From assembly GCF_006345805.1 (NCBI RefSeq), contig NC_043004.1:101246001-101310000 (forward strand): a DNA stretch of 64,000 nucleotides, given 5' to 3'. Within the stretch, counting starts at the first letter, position 1; each line of letters opens with the position of its first letter. Position numbers and translations under genes: made by a program. Positions 25,901 through 39,198 of this stretch are shown here, in pieces. The notes beneath the pieces were generated by a model. That model ran no database searches. It had not been told where the DNA came from and saw only the letters and a program-made list of their open reading frames with translations. The DNA comes from Octopus sinensis (Eukaryota).

Positions 25901-26519
25901 AGCCCCTCACAGTGTGGCACTTTGGACAAGTGTTTTCTATTTTAGCCCTAGGCTGACCAAAGCCTTGTGAATGCATTTGGTTGGCAGAAAGAAGCCATCA
26001 TGTATCGATGTATATTTGTGCTTCCTTGTCTTGACATGACGTGACAGTTGTGACTGTCATACCAATGACCATTTCCAATCTTCTTTTTGACCTTGAAGAA
26101 ATATTACCTTGCTTGAAAACAAGTGGGGGTTGGCATTAAGAAGAGCATCTGGCCATTGTAAATTTATCTCAGCAAACTCTATCTGACCCGTGCAAGCATG
26201 GAAAGGGCTGTTTGATTATATAATAAATATATTTTTTCTTTGACATGAAGGTGATAGATGAAGGGTCATTACATAAACAGGTTACATAGAAGGGGGGACA
26301 TTGATGTTGACGATATCCTGAAACAAAAGTAGAGAAGCAGTTAGTTATGGTTTACATGACTACTTTCGTGACACATTCTTGCCATCCTCGCCCACCATTC
26401 AGGAAATTTGTCTTCCCCTTTGTCATCCTTCTCTCTGAGTAAAATGTGAGAAATCTGATAAAGGCTTAACTAGAAGGAATATGTCTGTCTTCAATCTTTT
26501 CAGTCCTGCTCACCAAAGA

Positions 26520-26914
26520 GATACTCTTTTACTTGTTTCAGTCATTTGACTGCAGCCATGCTGGAGCACCACCATTAGTCGAGCAAATCAACCCCAGGAC
26601 TTATTCTTTATAAACCTAGTATTTATTCTATCAGTTTCTTTTGCTGAACTGCTAAATTACAGGGACGTATAGACACTAGCATCAGTTGTCAAGCGATGTA
26701 GGGGGGACAAACACAGACACACAGACATGACCGCATGTGTACCGTTGGCGATTTTTTTTCCTCCGTCTTCCCTTCTTTGGATCTTTCCTTTTCCTATGTT
26801 TCTGACAAAGAGCTCTGCTCGAAACGTTAAACCCTCCTTCTTTCCTGAGCATCCAATAATACTATACTTGTTCCACGTCCTCGCGTTGTTGTGTTTTCAT
26901 ATTTGTATTAACTA

Positions 26915-26954
<40 letters not shown>

Positions 26955-27112
26955 ACGGGCTTCTTTCAGTTTCCGTCTACCAAATCCACTCGCAAGGCTT
27001 TGGTCAGCCTGAAGCTAAAGTAGAAGACACTTGCCCAAGGTGCCACGCAGTAGGAATGAGCCTCGAACCATGTGGTTGGTAAGCAAGCTACTTACCACAC
27101 AGCCACTCCTGT
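26520..27112 (-). mobile_element. SINE family A interrupted by a Penelope-like fragment (26727-26915)
   Basis: Tail at 26520-26725 and head at 26950-27112. The insert carries GTTT-CTGACAAA-GAGC-tct-GCTC-GAAAC-GTT-AAAC. Confidence 0.75.
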
Positions 27113-27649
27113 ATCTATAAATGGTTTACACCCGCAGAAGGATGATGACATTATGAAACGCAAAGAGGGGAAACTGTTCCCATGGTAATTAGTGCACTCA
27201 TCACAATGCCCAAATTGCTATCTAAGAAGCTGAAGGATATTGGAATTGCGACATCTGTTGTTGATCTACAGAAATGTACCATCCTATATTTTGCAAGAAA
27301 ATTTATGGTTACGAAACCTCAAGATAATGTCCCTGTTAATTAAATTAGCATGCTATAGCTTTTGTATCATAATGATAAAAATTGTTTCAAATTTTGCCAC
27401 AAGGCCAGCAGTTTTTGTGTGGAAGGTCAGTCAATTACATCAACCCCAGTACTTGACTGATACCTTATTTTATCAACCCCAAAAGGATGAAAGCAAAGTT
27501 GACCTGTAGAGCTATTTGTATTCAGACCATAAGGAGCCAGAAAAAAAGGCCTGCTCACTATTTTGTCTAATGCACCTGCCAGCTAACTGTCAAACAATAA
27601 TATTCCTTTCTACTATAGACACAATGCCTGAAATTTTATTGAGAGGGGG

Positions 27650-28088
27650 CAGGGCTGGATTATGATCCATTAGAGGCCCTAAGCAGTTAAAAGATTTTGG
27701 TGCTCCCATATATATGTAATACAAAATATAAAAAATAATAAACCATAAAGTAAATTATTTGTTTTTCAAAATGAAACAAACCTAACAGTAAGATAGAAAA
27801 TGTTTATTCTTATACACCTTCACTTAATTTATATATTGAAAAGTTTTCTAATTTTTTTGTAATTGCAAAATCTTCGATCAGAACCTCCCTATACTCTTTA
27901 CTCTTTTACTTGTTTCAGTCATTTGACTGCGGCCATCCTGGAGCACCGCCTTTAATCGAGCAACTCGACCCTAGGACTTATTCTTTTGTAAGCCCAGTAC
28001 TTATTCTATCGGTCTCTTTTGCCGAACCGCTAAGTAACGGGGACATAAACACACCAGCATCGGTTGTCAAGCAATGCTAGGGGGACAA

Positions 28089-28120
<32 letters not shown>

Positions 28121-28495
28121 GTACATATATACGACGGGCTTCTTTCAGTTTCCGTCTACCAAATCCACTCACAAGGCTTTGGTCGGCCCGAGGCTATAGT
28201 AGAAGACACTTACCCAAGGTGCCATGCAGTGGGACTGAACCCGGAACCATGTGGTTGGTAAACAAGCTACTTACCACACAGCCACTCCTGTGCCTATGAT
28301 ACCATGAACACTTCAAAATTATATTTCCAATGATATAAACCATTTTGAATAGCAAGTTTGAAGTAATTTCTTTTGTGCTGTAGACCATTTACAATTTTTG
28401 TGGTACCCACCTTTTCTTTGATGCCCTAAGCACTTGCTTATTTTGTCTGTCATCCTTTTGACTAACCTCCTCCCAGTGCTGGATTAACCATTAAG
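27650..28495. mobile_element. hAT-like MITE with a nested family A SINE (27890-28295, - strand) and an inverted right end
   Basis: Left TIR CAGGGCTGGATTA at 27650. The right TIR now reads CAGTGCTGGATTA at 28474 inside a ~50-bp microinversion. Confidence 0.65.
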
Positions 28496-28691
28496 CAAAG
28501 TCAATCTCAACAGGGTTTGAACTCAGAATGTAAATGATGACGATGATAAGCCTTTCTACTATAGGCACAAAGACTGACATTTTGAGGGAGGGGATAAGTT
28601 GAATACATCGACCCCAGTGCATAACTGGTACTTATTTCATCGCCCCCAACACCAAAAAGATGAAAGCAAAGTCAATACAAATAATAATTTC

Positions 28692-28851
28692 TAGGCATGG
28701 CTTTGTGGTAAGAAGCTTGCTTCCCAACCACATGGTTCCAGGTTCAGTCCCACTGCATGGCACCTTGGGCAAGTGTGTTCTATAGCTTCAGGCCAACCAA
28801 AGCCTTGTGAATGGATTTGGTAGACGGAAACTGAAAGAAGTCCATTGTATG

Positions 28852-28912
<61 letters not shown>

Positions 28913-29100
28913 TTGTACCGCCACCGTCACTTGACAACCGATGCTGGTATGTTTACACCCCTGTAAATTAGCAGTTCAGCAAAAAGCGACCAATAGAATA
29001 AATACTAGGCTTACAAGAATAAATCCTGGGGTTGATTTGTTCGACTAAAGGCGATGCTTCAGCATGGCCACAGTCAAATGACTGAAACAAGTAAAAGAAT
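28692..29100 (+). mobile_element. SINE family A
   Basis: Head-to-tail match, moderately diverged. Confidence 0.85.
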
Positions 29101-29129
29101 TGAATAAAAGAATATGTACATAACTGGAT

Positions 29130-29516
29130 GGATGGAAGCACTCCGTCGGTTCCGACGACGAGGGTTCCGGTTGATCCGATCAATGGAACAGCCTGCTCAT
29201 GAAATTAACGTGTGAGTGGCTGAGTGCTCCACAGACACGTACCCTTAACGTAGTTCTCGGGGATATTCAGCATGACACAGAGAGTGACAAGGCCGGCCCT
29301 TTGAAATACAAGGTACAACAGAAACAGGAAGTAAGAGTGAGAGAAAGTTGTGGTGAAAGAGTACAGCAGGGATCACCACCATCCCCTGCCGGAGCCTCGT
29401 GGAGATTTAGGTGTTTTCGCTCAATAAACACTCACAACGCCCAGTCTGGGAATCGAAACCGCAATCCTATGACCGCGAGTCCACTGCCCTAACCACTGGG
29501 CCATTGCGCCTCCACG
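29130..29516 (-). mobile_element. Family D SINE, full length, (TCCA)n tail, 12-bp TSD
   Basis: TSD ACATAACTGGAT at 29118-29129 and 29517-29528. tRNA-like head on the - strand. Confidence 0.92.
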
Positions 29517-32039
29517 ACATAACTGGATATTTGGGTTGTAGAGGGGTAAGTTGATTATATTGACCCCTCTGCTTTGCTGGTACTTTATCAACCCCAGAAG
29601 GATGAAAGGCGAAGTCAGTCCCAATGGGATTTGAACTTTAGAATGTAAAGAGATGGAATAAATACCGAAAGCCATTTTGCCCAATTGCTCCAGTGAATGA
29701 TAAGTAGTAAATGTGAAGAAAGGTTTGTGCTGGCAGCAGCAATGATTATTATTATAATTATCATCATCGTTATTAAAACATCTTGACAAAATGAAAACAA
29801 AAATAGACGAGGAAAACAATTAAAGAAACAAGTAACTTCTCTCTTTCAAAATTCAATATGAAAAATATTGAAAGCAAACTTCCCTATTGAGCATTCCCGA
29901 ACATGCCGTAATTATTAACAGAAAGCAACTGATTTGATCTGGGGGTTTGGTAGGAGAGTAAGTGGGGGAAGAGTAGTGGCAGGGCAGAATTGGGGTTGAA
30001 TAGAGGGTGTGGTTCAGTGGAGGGGAGGCATAGGAAATTCAGTATGCCTCTCCACTTATTAATTACTTGCTGTGGCTAATTAGATTTGTTAACGAGGGCT
30101 TTGCCATGAGGCTCTAATGGGATGCTGAGGTGCAAGGTGGTGAAATAGTAGAGTGAGTTAATGGGAGGGGGAGGGGAGGGGAGAAGGTGGAGAGTGAAAG
30201 AAAGAAAATGAAAGAAATGTGTTAGGCAGAGGAGTGAGGAAAGAGAGAGGGAACGAGACAGAAAGAGAAAGAGAGAGAGAGAGAGACGAAAACGAGGTGA
30301 CGGTGTATTGCTTTTGATTGTTCTAGTGAGGAAACTTCATTAAAATTCAACTACCTGCCAACATCAGCATAATCACCATCGCTGCCGCTACATCTTTACA
30401 CTCCCTTTCACCACCACCACCACCATTTCATCATCGACCACAGCCACCACCACTCTCCACAACTACCTCGACCAGAATCACCATCACAACAACTTCAACC
30501 ATAACCAACAGCATTCGTTTGTCTTCTTCATCACAGCCACTGCTGCCACCGTGTAATTTCTACCTTGAAAACATTACCGCTGCTACCACCACCACCACCA
30601 ATCATAACTATGAACCACAGCCAACAGCATCAATTCCTTCATTATTATCACATTCCTGCCATCGCAGTCACAATCATCACCATCCTGCGTCGGCCATAAC
30701 CACCATCACCAGAATCCTAACCACAACCTCTATTACAAATAGCTCCGACACTTGCCTCTTTACTTCAAATTCCGTCGCTACTGTATTATCATCACAGCTT
30801 TCACCATGGGCAATACTATTATCATTGCTATCCATTATGACTACAAGCAGTATCACTACCATCTGCACCAACAAGGGAACCCCTATGTGATCACTCATGG
30901 TCATTGAGGCACACAGACCACTATGGCAACTAAAACGAATTGACCCCCATTACCTATATTTAAGCCTAGAACTACTTCGATCAGTTTCTTTTACTGACCT
31001 ACTAAGTTACAGGGACGTTAATACACCAGCACCAGTTATCAAATGGTGGTGGGACACACACACACACATACTTATATCTATAATACATTAAAAATCAGAT
31101 TGAATCTTGCTTGCTTGCAATGTAACTCAAGCAAACTGGCGCATAATGGGAAAATACTTTGGATAAAATCTCCCCTGAAATATAAATATGAACGGAATGA
31201 AACAAATTTTGCATAAATCAGATAAGTAGTTGTGAAGATATTAAAGGTTTCCAGGGTATGAATACCCAAAACGGTACACAATGGGAAAAGTCTCCGAAAT
31301 TAACTTGACCCTGAAAGGGAAGTAACTCTTACCTTTCGATTATACAGTGACTTGACAATGAAAAATGTTTCTATTTTCGCTTTTGTTTAACAATATTTTA
31401 ATCATTTATAAATATTTTTAAGTGAATGTGATTTCAATGTAAGTTGTCAACTGAAGTAAACAGAACAGGACAGCTTCTACAGCCCCTCCTTAACCTGCAG
31501 CTTGCTCTTGTGTTAAAATCATCTGGTCCTCACAAGATAAACTCTCTTTATAACATTGCTCCACAGCCTTTTTTCACTTGTCGTACACTTATATTCTTTT
31601 CAAAATTCGGCAGCACACCTGAACTAAAAATATAAGTTATAGTGTAGGGAAAAAAAGTTATATTCAGCTTACACTGCAGCACACCTAGCATCATTTCGTG
31701 GCACACCCGTGTGCTGTGACATACCAGTCGTGGAGCACTGCTCTGTAGGAACCTAGCATCTTAAATAAATAATCTTCTAAGACTTCTTCAAACTTTATAT
31801 CACTTGCCAGGGTGACAATATCTTGCTGAACTTTACTTGTAGATTTTCTGCTTTTGGAAAATCTGTAGATAAAGTCTGATCATATATGTTTTGCCAAAGA
31901 ATCATTTGTTGTTGAGGATTTCACTTCATCCCACAGTTCAGCTTTGTTATCTACTGCACTGCATTTATGGGTTGTTTTAACAGATATGCTTTGAAGTTAG
32001 CTGTCACTACCTTTATACACTGGCTGGAGCAAATAACCT

Positions 32040-32266
32040 ATTTCTTTATTACCCACAAGGCGCTAAACACAGAGGGGACAAACAAGGACAGACATAGGTA
32101 TTAAGTCGATTACATCGACCCCAGTGCGTAACTGGTACTTAATTTATCGACCTTGGAAGGATGAAAGGCAAAGTCGACCTCGGCGGAATTTGAACTCACA
32201 ACGTAATGCAGATGAAATACCGCTAAGCATTTCACCCGGCGTGCTAACGTTTCTGCCAGCTTGCCT
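32040..32266 (-). mobile_element. SINE family B monomer with 15-bp TSD
   Basis: TGGAGCAAATAACCT at 32025-32039 and TGGAGCGAATAACCT at 32267-32281. Confidence 0.92.
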
Positions 32267-33039
32267 TGGAGCGAATAACCTGTTTACTAAGTAGCATGGT
32301 GCATTGCCTAATAGGAGCAATACATAGTTGGAAATTGTTATTGCCTGGCAAACTTTCTCTTGGCAGCAGGGAAAAAGCTGTAAAGTAGTTGGAAAAGGCT
32401 TTCCTATATGAATGTTCATATTATTAGCATAACCTTCAGAAGCCCCTAGATTTTGGGACTGATATGTAAGTAGGGACTTTAATTGCATATGACCAGCACA
32501 TAATGGTTTTACTTTACTAGAAACGAAAGTCCTACTTGGCAAGCACATCCAGAAAATCTCAGTTTTGTCTTTTTGTTTATGTGTATAACTTTTTCCGCAA
32601 TAATACACTCAGAGAGGAAACATTTTAAGTACCACCACAGATCTATAAAGTCAAATATTCAACAAACTAGTTTTATTGAACATCATCATCATCATCATTT
32701 AATATCCATGTTTTATGCTGACATGGGTTGTAGAGTTTGACAGGATGCAATGGATCCAAGATCTGCATCATGCTCCAATGTCTACATTAGCATGGTTTCT
32801 AAGGCTGGATGCTCTTCCTAACATCAACCACTTTACAACATGTACAGGGTGTTTTTTTTAATGCCAGCAACACTATTAAGGTCACCATGTAGCTCACAAG
32901 ACTATGAACTCTGAGGGAGCATTTGATCTGATTTTGTTTTTACTGTCACATATTGCCTCCACTGTAAATGTTGCAAACTTTAATATTTTTCAATATGGCT
33001 GTGTTGTTTCCCTGCATCAAAGCTTTGTAAATAAACATC

Positions 33040-33215
33040 AAGTTTAGTTCCTACACGCATTTTTTTTCTCTCCTTGTTTTTTTCTGTGTATCTTTCTGTC
33101 AAAGAGCGTAGGCTCGAAACGTAAAAGACTTTTTCGATTCCTGAGCGCTATACTAATACATTTGTTTGTTTGTACTCCACCTGCCTTCGTCTTTTATTTT
33201 CGTAAACTTTCCCCT
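33040..33215 (+). mobile_element. Penelope-like remnant with a degenerate hammerhead
   Basis: TCTTT-CTGTCAAA-GAGC-gtag-GCTC-GAAAC-GTA-AAAGA at 33091-33128. Confidence 0.6.
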
Positions 33216-33817
33216 TTAACATTGATAAACATTAAGTTTAGCTCCTACACACATTTTTTCAAGTTCCATCTGAAAAGGAAGGTGGGGCTAGAGAAAATGT
33301 GTCTGTCAGAGTCTGTATTCAAAAAAAGATGGATGCGTGTTGCACAGATGCTAGGTGTGAAAGATCTTGCATGAATACGCCATGATCACTTACCAAAAGA
33401 TTTCAGTTAAAATAACAGGGCTCGTGGGGTCGGCTATCCTGTTCTTTTGACTTCATATGTCCCTTTTTGTTCGTTTGTTCTTGTAACTCATTTGATTTCA
33501 TTGTAAATAATTCATTCGATTTCATTGTAAATAATTCCATTTCATCCACATAACCCCAAATCATTGTATTGTCCCCATCTGTGTAAACCCTTATGGGTAA
33601 TAAAGAAATATTAGCTTTTAAAATTGTTAAATTTTACCCAAGTTTCTCTGAAGGTAGAATTACAGACTGTATCTCAGAATTATTAGTTTACAGTTTCTTT
33701 ATAATATCCGTAAGAAGAGAATTTCTTAAATAGTTTCTGTAATGATGGGGATGCTTGTACTTGTTCTTTTTATACATGTTTGTTTGCCTCGCTCACACAT
33801 ACACCTTAACAATGCAT

Positions 33818-34175
33818 ACATCATCATCATCATCATCATCATTTAGCGTCCGTTTTCCATGCTAGCATGGGTTGGACGGTTCAACTGGGGTCTGGGGAGC
33901 CCGAAGGCTGCACCAGGCCAGTCAGATCTGGCAGTGTTTCTACAGCTGGATGCCCTTCCTAACGCCAACCACTCCGAGAGTGTAGTGGGTGATTTTATGT
34001 GCCACCGACACAGGTGCCAGACGAGGCTGGCGAACGGCCACGCTCGGATGGTGTTTTTATGTGCCACCGACACAGGTGCCAGACGAGGCTGGCAGACGGC
34101 CACGCTCGGATGGTGTTTTTATGTGCCACCGACACAGGTGCCAGATGAGGCTGGCGGACGGCCACGATCGGATGT
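33818..34175 (-). mobile_element. SINE-like family C with three VNTR units
   Basis: (CAT)n tail, then three copies of gtgccaccgacacaggtgccagacgaggctggcgaacggccacgctcggatggtgtttttat. Confidence 0.85.
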
Positions 34176-34614
34176 GTATATAATTTTCCTCACATGTACA
34201 CCACAGGTAGTTTTTCCAAGACAAGGTAGTAATGTTCTTGAGTGAAGCATGAAAATATCATTTTTCTCACACTTTTCAATATAAAACTTCCTACCTTATA
34301 AAAAATTAATATTATTATTCACTGTTCGTCCACTTTGCTCTTCCTCTCTATTTCTCTAAATTATCAGTTTGGTTGCGTGTTTAGAGCCTACAATTTTGCA
34401 GTTCATATCTTTACTGGTTTAGCATTTCCCTTGCTAAGATTGATTAGATTAAGAAAAAGGATGGAGAGATGATACCTCAAATACCAGTGGTAAAACTGAA
34501 TATTTCACAGGTTGTAGTTCAAACTGTGTCAATGTAGAGCCTTTCTAAAGACATACCACAGATCTAGAACTGAGTCAGCTAACAAGAAAAACTGTGTCTT
34601 CTTCCTGACATTGT

Positions 34615-34845
34615 GGACAGAAAAGCCTCTATAAAGTCAGAAAACAACACAGCTCCCATGACTTTCGGAAACATTTTTTTCCGCTCAGAGTTGCTGAAGC
34701 ATGGAACAAACTGCCTGCGTCAGTTGTTGACTGCATGACACTGCATCCTTTAAGGCCCTCATGCTTTCCGAAATCCGCCGAAACTACATCTGATTATATA
34801 TACACTTTAGATGAGTTGTAGTGCACCTGAGCACTGTACACAATG

Positions 34846-34890
<45 letters not shown>

Positions 34891-34893
34891 CAT
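34615..34893 (+). mobile_element. CR1/L2-clade LINE 3' fragment
   Basis: Translates YKVRKQHSSHDFRKHFFPLRVAEAWNKLPASVV, the ORF2 C-terminal FF..RV...WN.LP motif, followed by a short UTR and an (ATT)n tail. Confidence 0.8.
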
Positions 34894-35149
34894 AAATGAG
34901 AAGTGTTCCCACCTGGGAAAGGAAACCAAAGATCCATGGACTGCTCAGATGGTTTGCATAAAATTTTGCTGATAAGTTCTGTTGCCTGGACAACTATAAC
35001 AAGAGTATTGCTGCTGAAGTAACAGAAGGTGTGGAAAAGATTTTCCCTAAATTATGTCTTTAGAATAGAACACACCGGATGATGTAATTTTAGATACACT
35101 GTCTGAAAAATGATGCCATGGTCATGACTGCAGCATCATTGTCCTTCAA

Positions 35150-35350
35150 TCATCATCATCATCGTTTAACGTCCGTTATCCGCGCTAGCACGGGTTGGAC
35201 GGTTCGACCGGGTTCTGGGAAGCCAGGGGCTGCACCAGGCTCCAGTCTGATCTGGCAGTGTTTCTACAGCTGGATGTCCTTCCTAACGCCAACCACTCCG
35301 CGAGTGTAGTGGGTGCTTTTTACGTGCCACCTGCACAGGTGCCAGGGGGG
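35150..35350 (-). mobile_element. SINE-like family C
   Basis: catcatcatcgtttaacgtccg...ggatgtccttcctaacgccaacc. Confidence 0.8.
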
Positions 35351-36065
35351 TTGACCTTCAGATGAACAACAACAACAACAAAGGGTTTTGTTGTGCAGAA
35401 TTATTGTGTGGAGGGAAACATCTTGTTGCGACAGACTTATGATACAAAAGGATAATGACTACTGGGATGGAACTGAAACTGAACAATGTTGGTCCTCACA
35501 ATAAGATATTAGTTCAAGACAAATGTAAATATGTAATAGTGTTAACCTATCCAGCCCATGTTAGTAAGGTAAGCTTAAATGTTGAAATGATGGCACCTTT
35601 GCCTTTCTATTTTGTTTTCTATCAAACCATTTGTCTCACCTGCTCGCCTATCAATTTATTGTTCTCCCTGTCTATTGCCCTCACTCTTTCTCTCTCTGGG
35701 CATACATACATACATGCATATACTCACACACAAGCCTTAAGCATGTATTGTTTCTTTTTACCTCCTTATTTCTTTCTTACTCTAGTTTGATAAGAAAATT
35801 CACCCAAGATGTCAGTCTAATTCTTTTTCCTTTTTTTTCAGTGTACAATTCACATCTCTGAAGGGTTTTTTGTGGGGGGGGGGCGTGATGGGGTTACATT
35901 TTGTCCACCATCTTCTGAATTTTTCTCTACCTGTTGTAACCTCTCATATCATCCAAATGTCCAGCTTTCATACCCTTCATTCCATTAATGCTATTTTCAC
36001 ATATTAACACATATACACATATATTATATATATACATTTATATCATATCCATTTCTCCACTGCAG

Positions 36066-36270
36066 CTGAACGGATGCAAACAGAGGAAATGGTAGCCTTT
36101 GTATGTGAGAAAAACAACTTAACGCTGGACTGCGGAGACAATGGCATCATCAGAATAACCCGTGCCAACTATGGTAGGTTCACCATCAACCAATGCAATT
36201 TCTTTGCACAAGTAGATGGGTGGAATATACAGTGTCACTCAAAACTCTCAAATATCGTTGCACGTGAAAG
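36066..36270 (+). CDS. Cirl: Exon encoding the N-terminal half of a SUEL/rhamnose-binding (Gal_lectin) domain, latrophilin/Cirl-like
   Basis: Acceptor ctccactgcag| at 36065 and donor GAAAG|gtgagt at 36271 (phase 2). Peptide ERMQTEEMVAFVCEKNNLTLDCGDNGIIRITRANYGRFTINQCNFFAQVDGWNIQCHSKLSNIVARE has the CE..L.L.C, ANYGR and C...W...C pattern of RBL domains. RANYGRF.I..CN is typical of invertebrate Cirl. Domain call is strong; the gene name is by resemblance only. Confidence 0.9.
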
Positions 36271-38313
36271 GTGAGTACAGCTGGTATTAACTACTTTTAA
36301 TCACTCCTCTTCCATCCATTTGTTATTTTCTATGGCACTGTATTTTTTATACATTTATGTATGTATAAATGGTTTTTTGCTAGCATATGTGTGTATATTG
36401 ATGTATGTATGTGTATCTGAATCAACCTGAGTGTGTCTCTTAGTCTTAATTAGATCCTCCCATACAGTTGGCTTGTATATCGGACAGCAAGAACATTGCC
36501 ATTCATCTTGGTTTTGAGTGCAATTGCTTGGATTCTTCAATGAGTGTGTATGTCTAAATTAGCCCGTATGACTATCTGAATTAACCTCTGTGTGTGTGTA
36601 AATGTGTAAATTAGCCTGTGTCAGAATAAACTTCTATGTATGTGTTGTTTTTTTTTTCCTAATTGAGTAAATGTATGAAATTCAGACATATTCATGATAT
36701 GATAGATAATGTCTTATTTTTTGAGAATGTCTGTTGATAGGGTGGGTAACAGAAAATCCACTGTAGGGAATAGGAGGAAGTTCAGCTCTTTAAGCAGTGG
36801 TTGGTTCCAGTTACTGAACTCAAATCTTCACATAGAAATAAAAAGCTTTTCTATTTCAAGAACGGCTTAGGTGCAGGCATGGTTAAAAAGCTTGCTTTCC
36901 AACCATGTAGTCTTTGAGTCAGTCCCATTGCACAGCACAGTATTTTGGAGAAGTGTCTTGTGAGTGAATTTGGTAGATGGAAACTGAAAGAAGCTCCTCA
37001 TATGCGAATATGTTTCCTTGTACAGATATCACATGATGATTGTAAAAGGAGCGTCATTGTCATCATTCAAGTGAGATTGTGTCTCCATCCAGTCTTCTTT
37101 GAAATCCATGTCTAGCTAGGAGAAAATATTACCATGCTTGGAAACAGTTGAGGCTTAGCAACAGGAAAAGCATCCAGCTGTAGAAAATTTGCCTCAACAA
37201 ATTCCATCTGACCCATGCAAGTGTGGAAAAGTGGACATTAAGAAAGCATTTAACTTCTTAGTACATGAGACCCTAGTGAAATATCTAACTCCTCCAGCCC
37301 CTTCTTTCTAATATGACAAAACTATAAACTATTCACAGATTTTCAAAATGTAAAGTGTATTTTGGCATGCAACAGTGCTCGTGTTACTTTTGTTTCAAAC
37401 ATATTAACACGATGCACAAGATATTACATTTGTTATAGTATTTACATTACAAAGTATTACATTACAACTTTGAATGCCTTAAAAACTGGGTTATTTGCAG
37501 CCGCCAGTAAAATACAGCATTATCTGGTGATAATTACATGATTTGTACTTATACATACATCACCTATCCTCATTTTGTGGGACTGTATCAAAATTGCCCC
37601 CACACACACACATACACACTGCCCCTTAGTATGGAAGCTTTGTGAATATAGAAGCTATTGTAATATTAATTCCGTCAACATAAACTAGGTAATGAGGAAC
37701 CTTCTATGTCACCGTTTGAACTAGTAGAAATAGCAGTCAAAGCTCATATGATTTACACTCTTACTTTCTTAAAAGGAAGGAAACAAAATGATACGATTTC
37801 AGATATATATTAAATCTGAAGAAGAAAAGGAATGGTTATAGCTGGAACACCTTTGACCATAAGATTTGAGGTGACAGAGAAAAACCAGACACACAAAAAA
37901 CACAAGTAGATTCCATTGAAAATAAAACAAAAAATGTTCTGCATGTGTGAGTGTGGTCCTCATTAACTGTTGGTTAATTAAGTGGCAGGTTAAGTCTACA
38001 ATGTAAATTTGATTTCCTATTAAGTCATTTCAATTACTTAGTCTTTGAACCTGTAATTGCTGGCTGTTTTTTCCACCAGTAGAGGAATGGGCAGTTGTGA
38101 ATTAATCTACTCCAGACATGTTTTAGAAGTTAGTATAATGACTCAGTGACATTCTAAAGATTACAAGATATTTGCATTTAATTTATAACTGAACATGGTA
38201 TTATCATCTTCGTCATCATCTTTCATATTTTACAACTGCTTTTCCATACTAGCCTGAGATGGCTACTTCTGATCCTATAGACTTTCTAGTTACTTGAGGT
38301 CCTGAATCATCTG

Positions 38314-38810
38314 ATATGTATGTATGTATGTGTCTCTTCTATTTTTTTAATTATTATAAATCTTCCAGAGGAGGGAGCCAGTTTCCAACAAAGATACAAG
38401 GTTCCATCTTTGGGATGTAGTTAACACAGACAAATTCACATTTGGAACTTGAGAAAAATCTTACATATTTTTACTATTCCACTCACAGATTACACTTATA
38501 ATAATGTACGAATTAGCCGGTCGATTTCTCTTTCTGAAAATCCCATCTTATCCAGATTCTTCTTGAAGCATTTACTAACAAAACCTAGTGCTCCAATTAT
38601 TATTGGTGTGAATATGAATTCATAGTCTGGATATATGTATGTGTCTCTTCTATTTTTTTAATTATTATAAATCTTCCACTGAGGAGGGAGCCAGTTTCCA
38701 ACAAAGATACAAGGTTCCTTCTTTGGGATGTAGTTAACACGGACAAATTCACATTTGGAACTTGAGAAAAGTCTTGCATATTTTTACTGTTCCACTCACA
38801 GATTGCACTG
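38314..38810. repeat. ~180-bp direct duplication with a ~135-bp spacer
   Basis: 38314-38496 matches 38633-38809 (tgtctcttctatttttttaattattataaatcttcc...ccactcacagatt) with few mismatches. Confidence 0.85.
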
Positions 38811-39198
38811 TGTATGTATGTATATGAAATAATGAATGATCCAAGCATCTAAATGTAGGATGTTAGTAAGCTTCAATCATTCTGTGGTAGGTATAAAAAA
38901 ACAACTTTTCCCGTATTGAAGTTTGATAAGCTGAAAAATGTTTTTTTATAGTTCATGGTTAGTAACTAGGGTTTGTTTGTTTGTGTGTGTATGTATGTAT
39001 GTATGTATGTATCAGTCATCATCATCATCATCATCAAATGTGTGTTGTCCATAGGCTGGACAGTTTGACCAGAGCTGGCAAGCTAGGGAGCTGTTCCGAC
39101 TCCAGTTTGATTTGACATGATTTCTATGACTGGATGCCCTTCCTAGCACTAATCACTTTACAGTATGTGCTGGGTGCTTTTACACGGCACTACATTGG

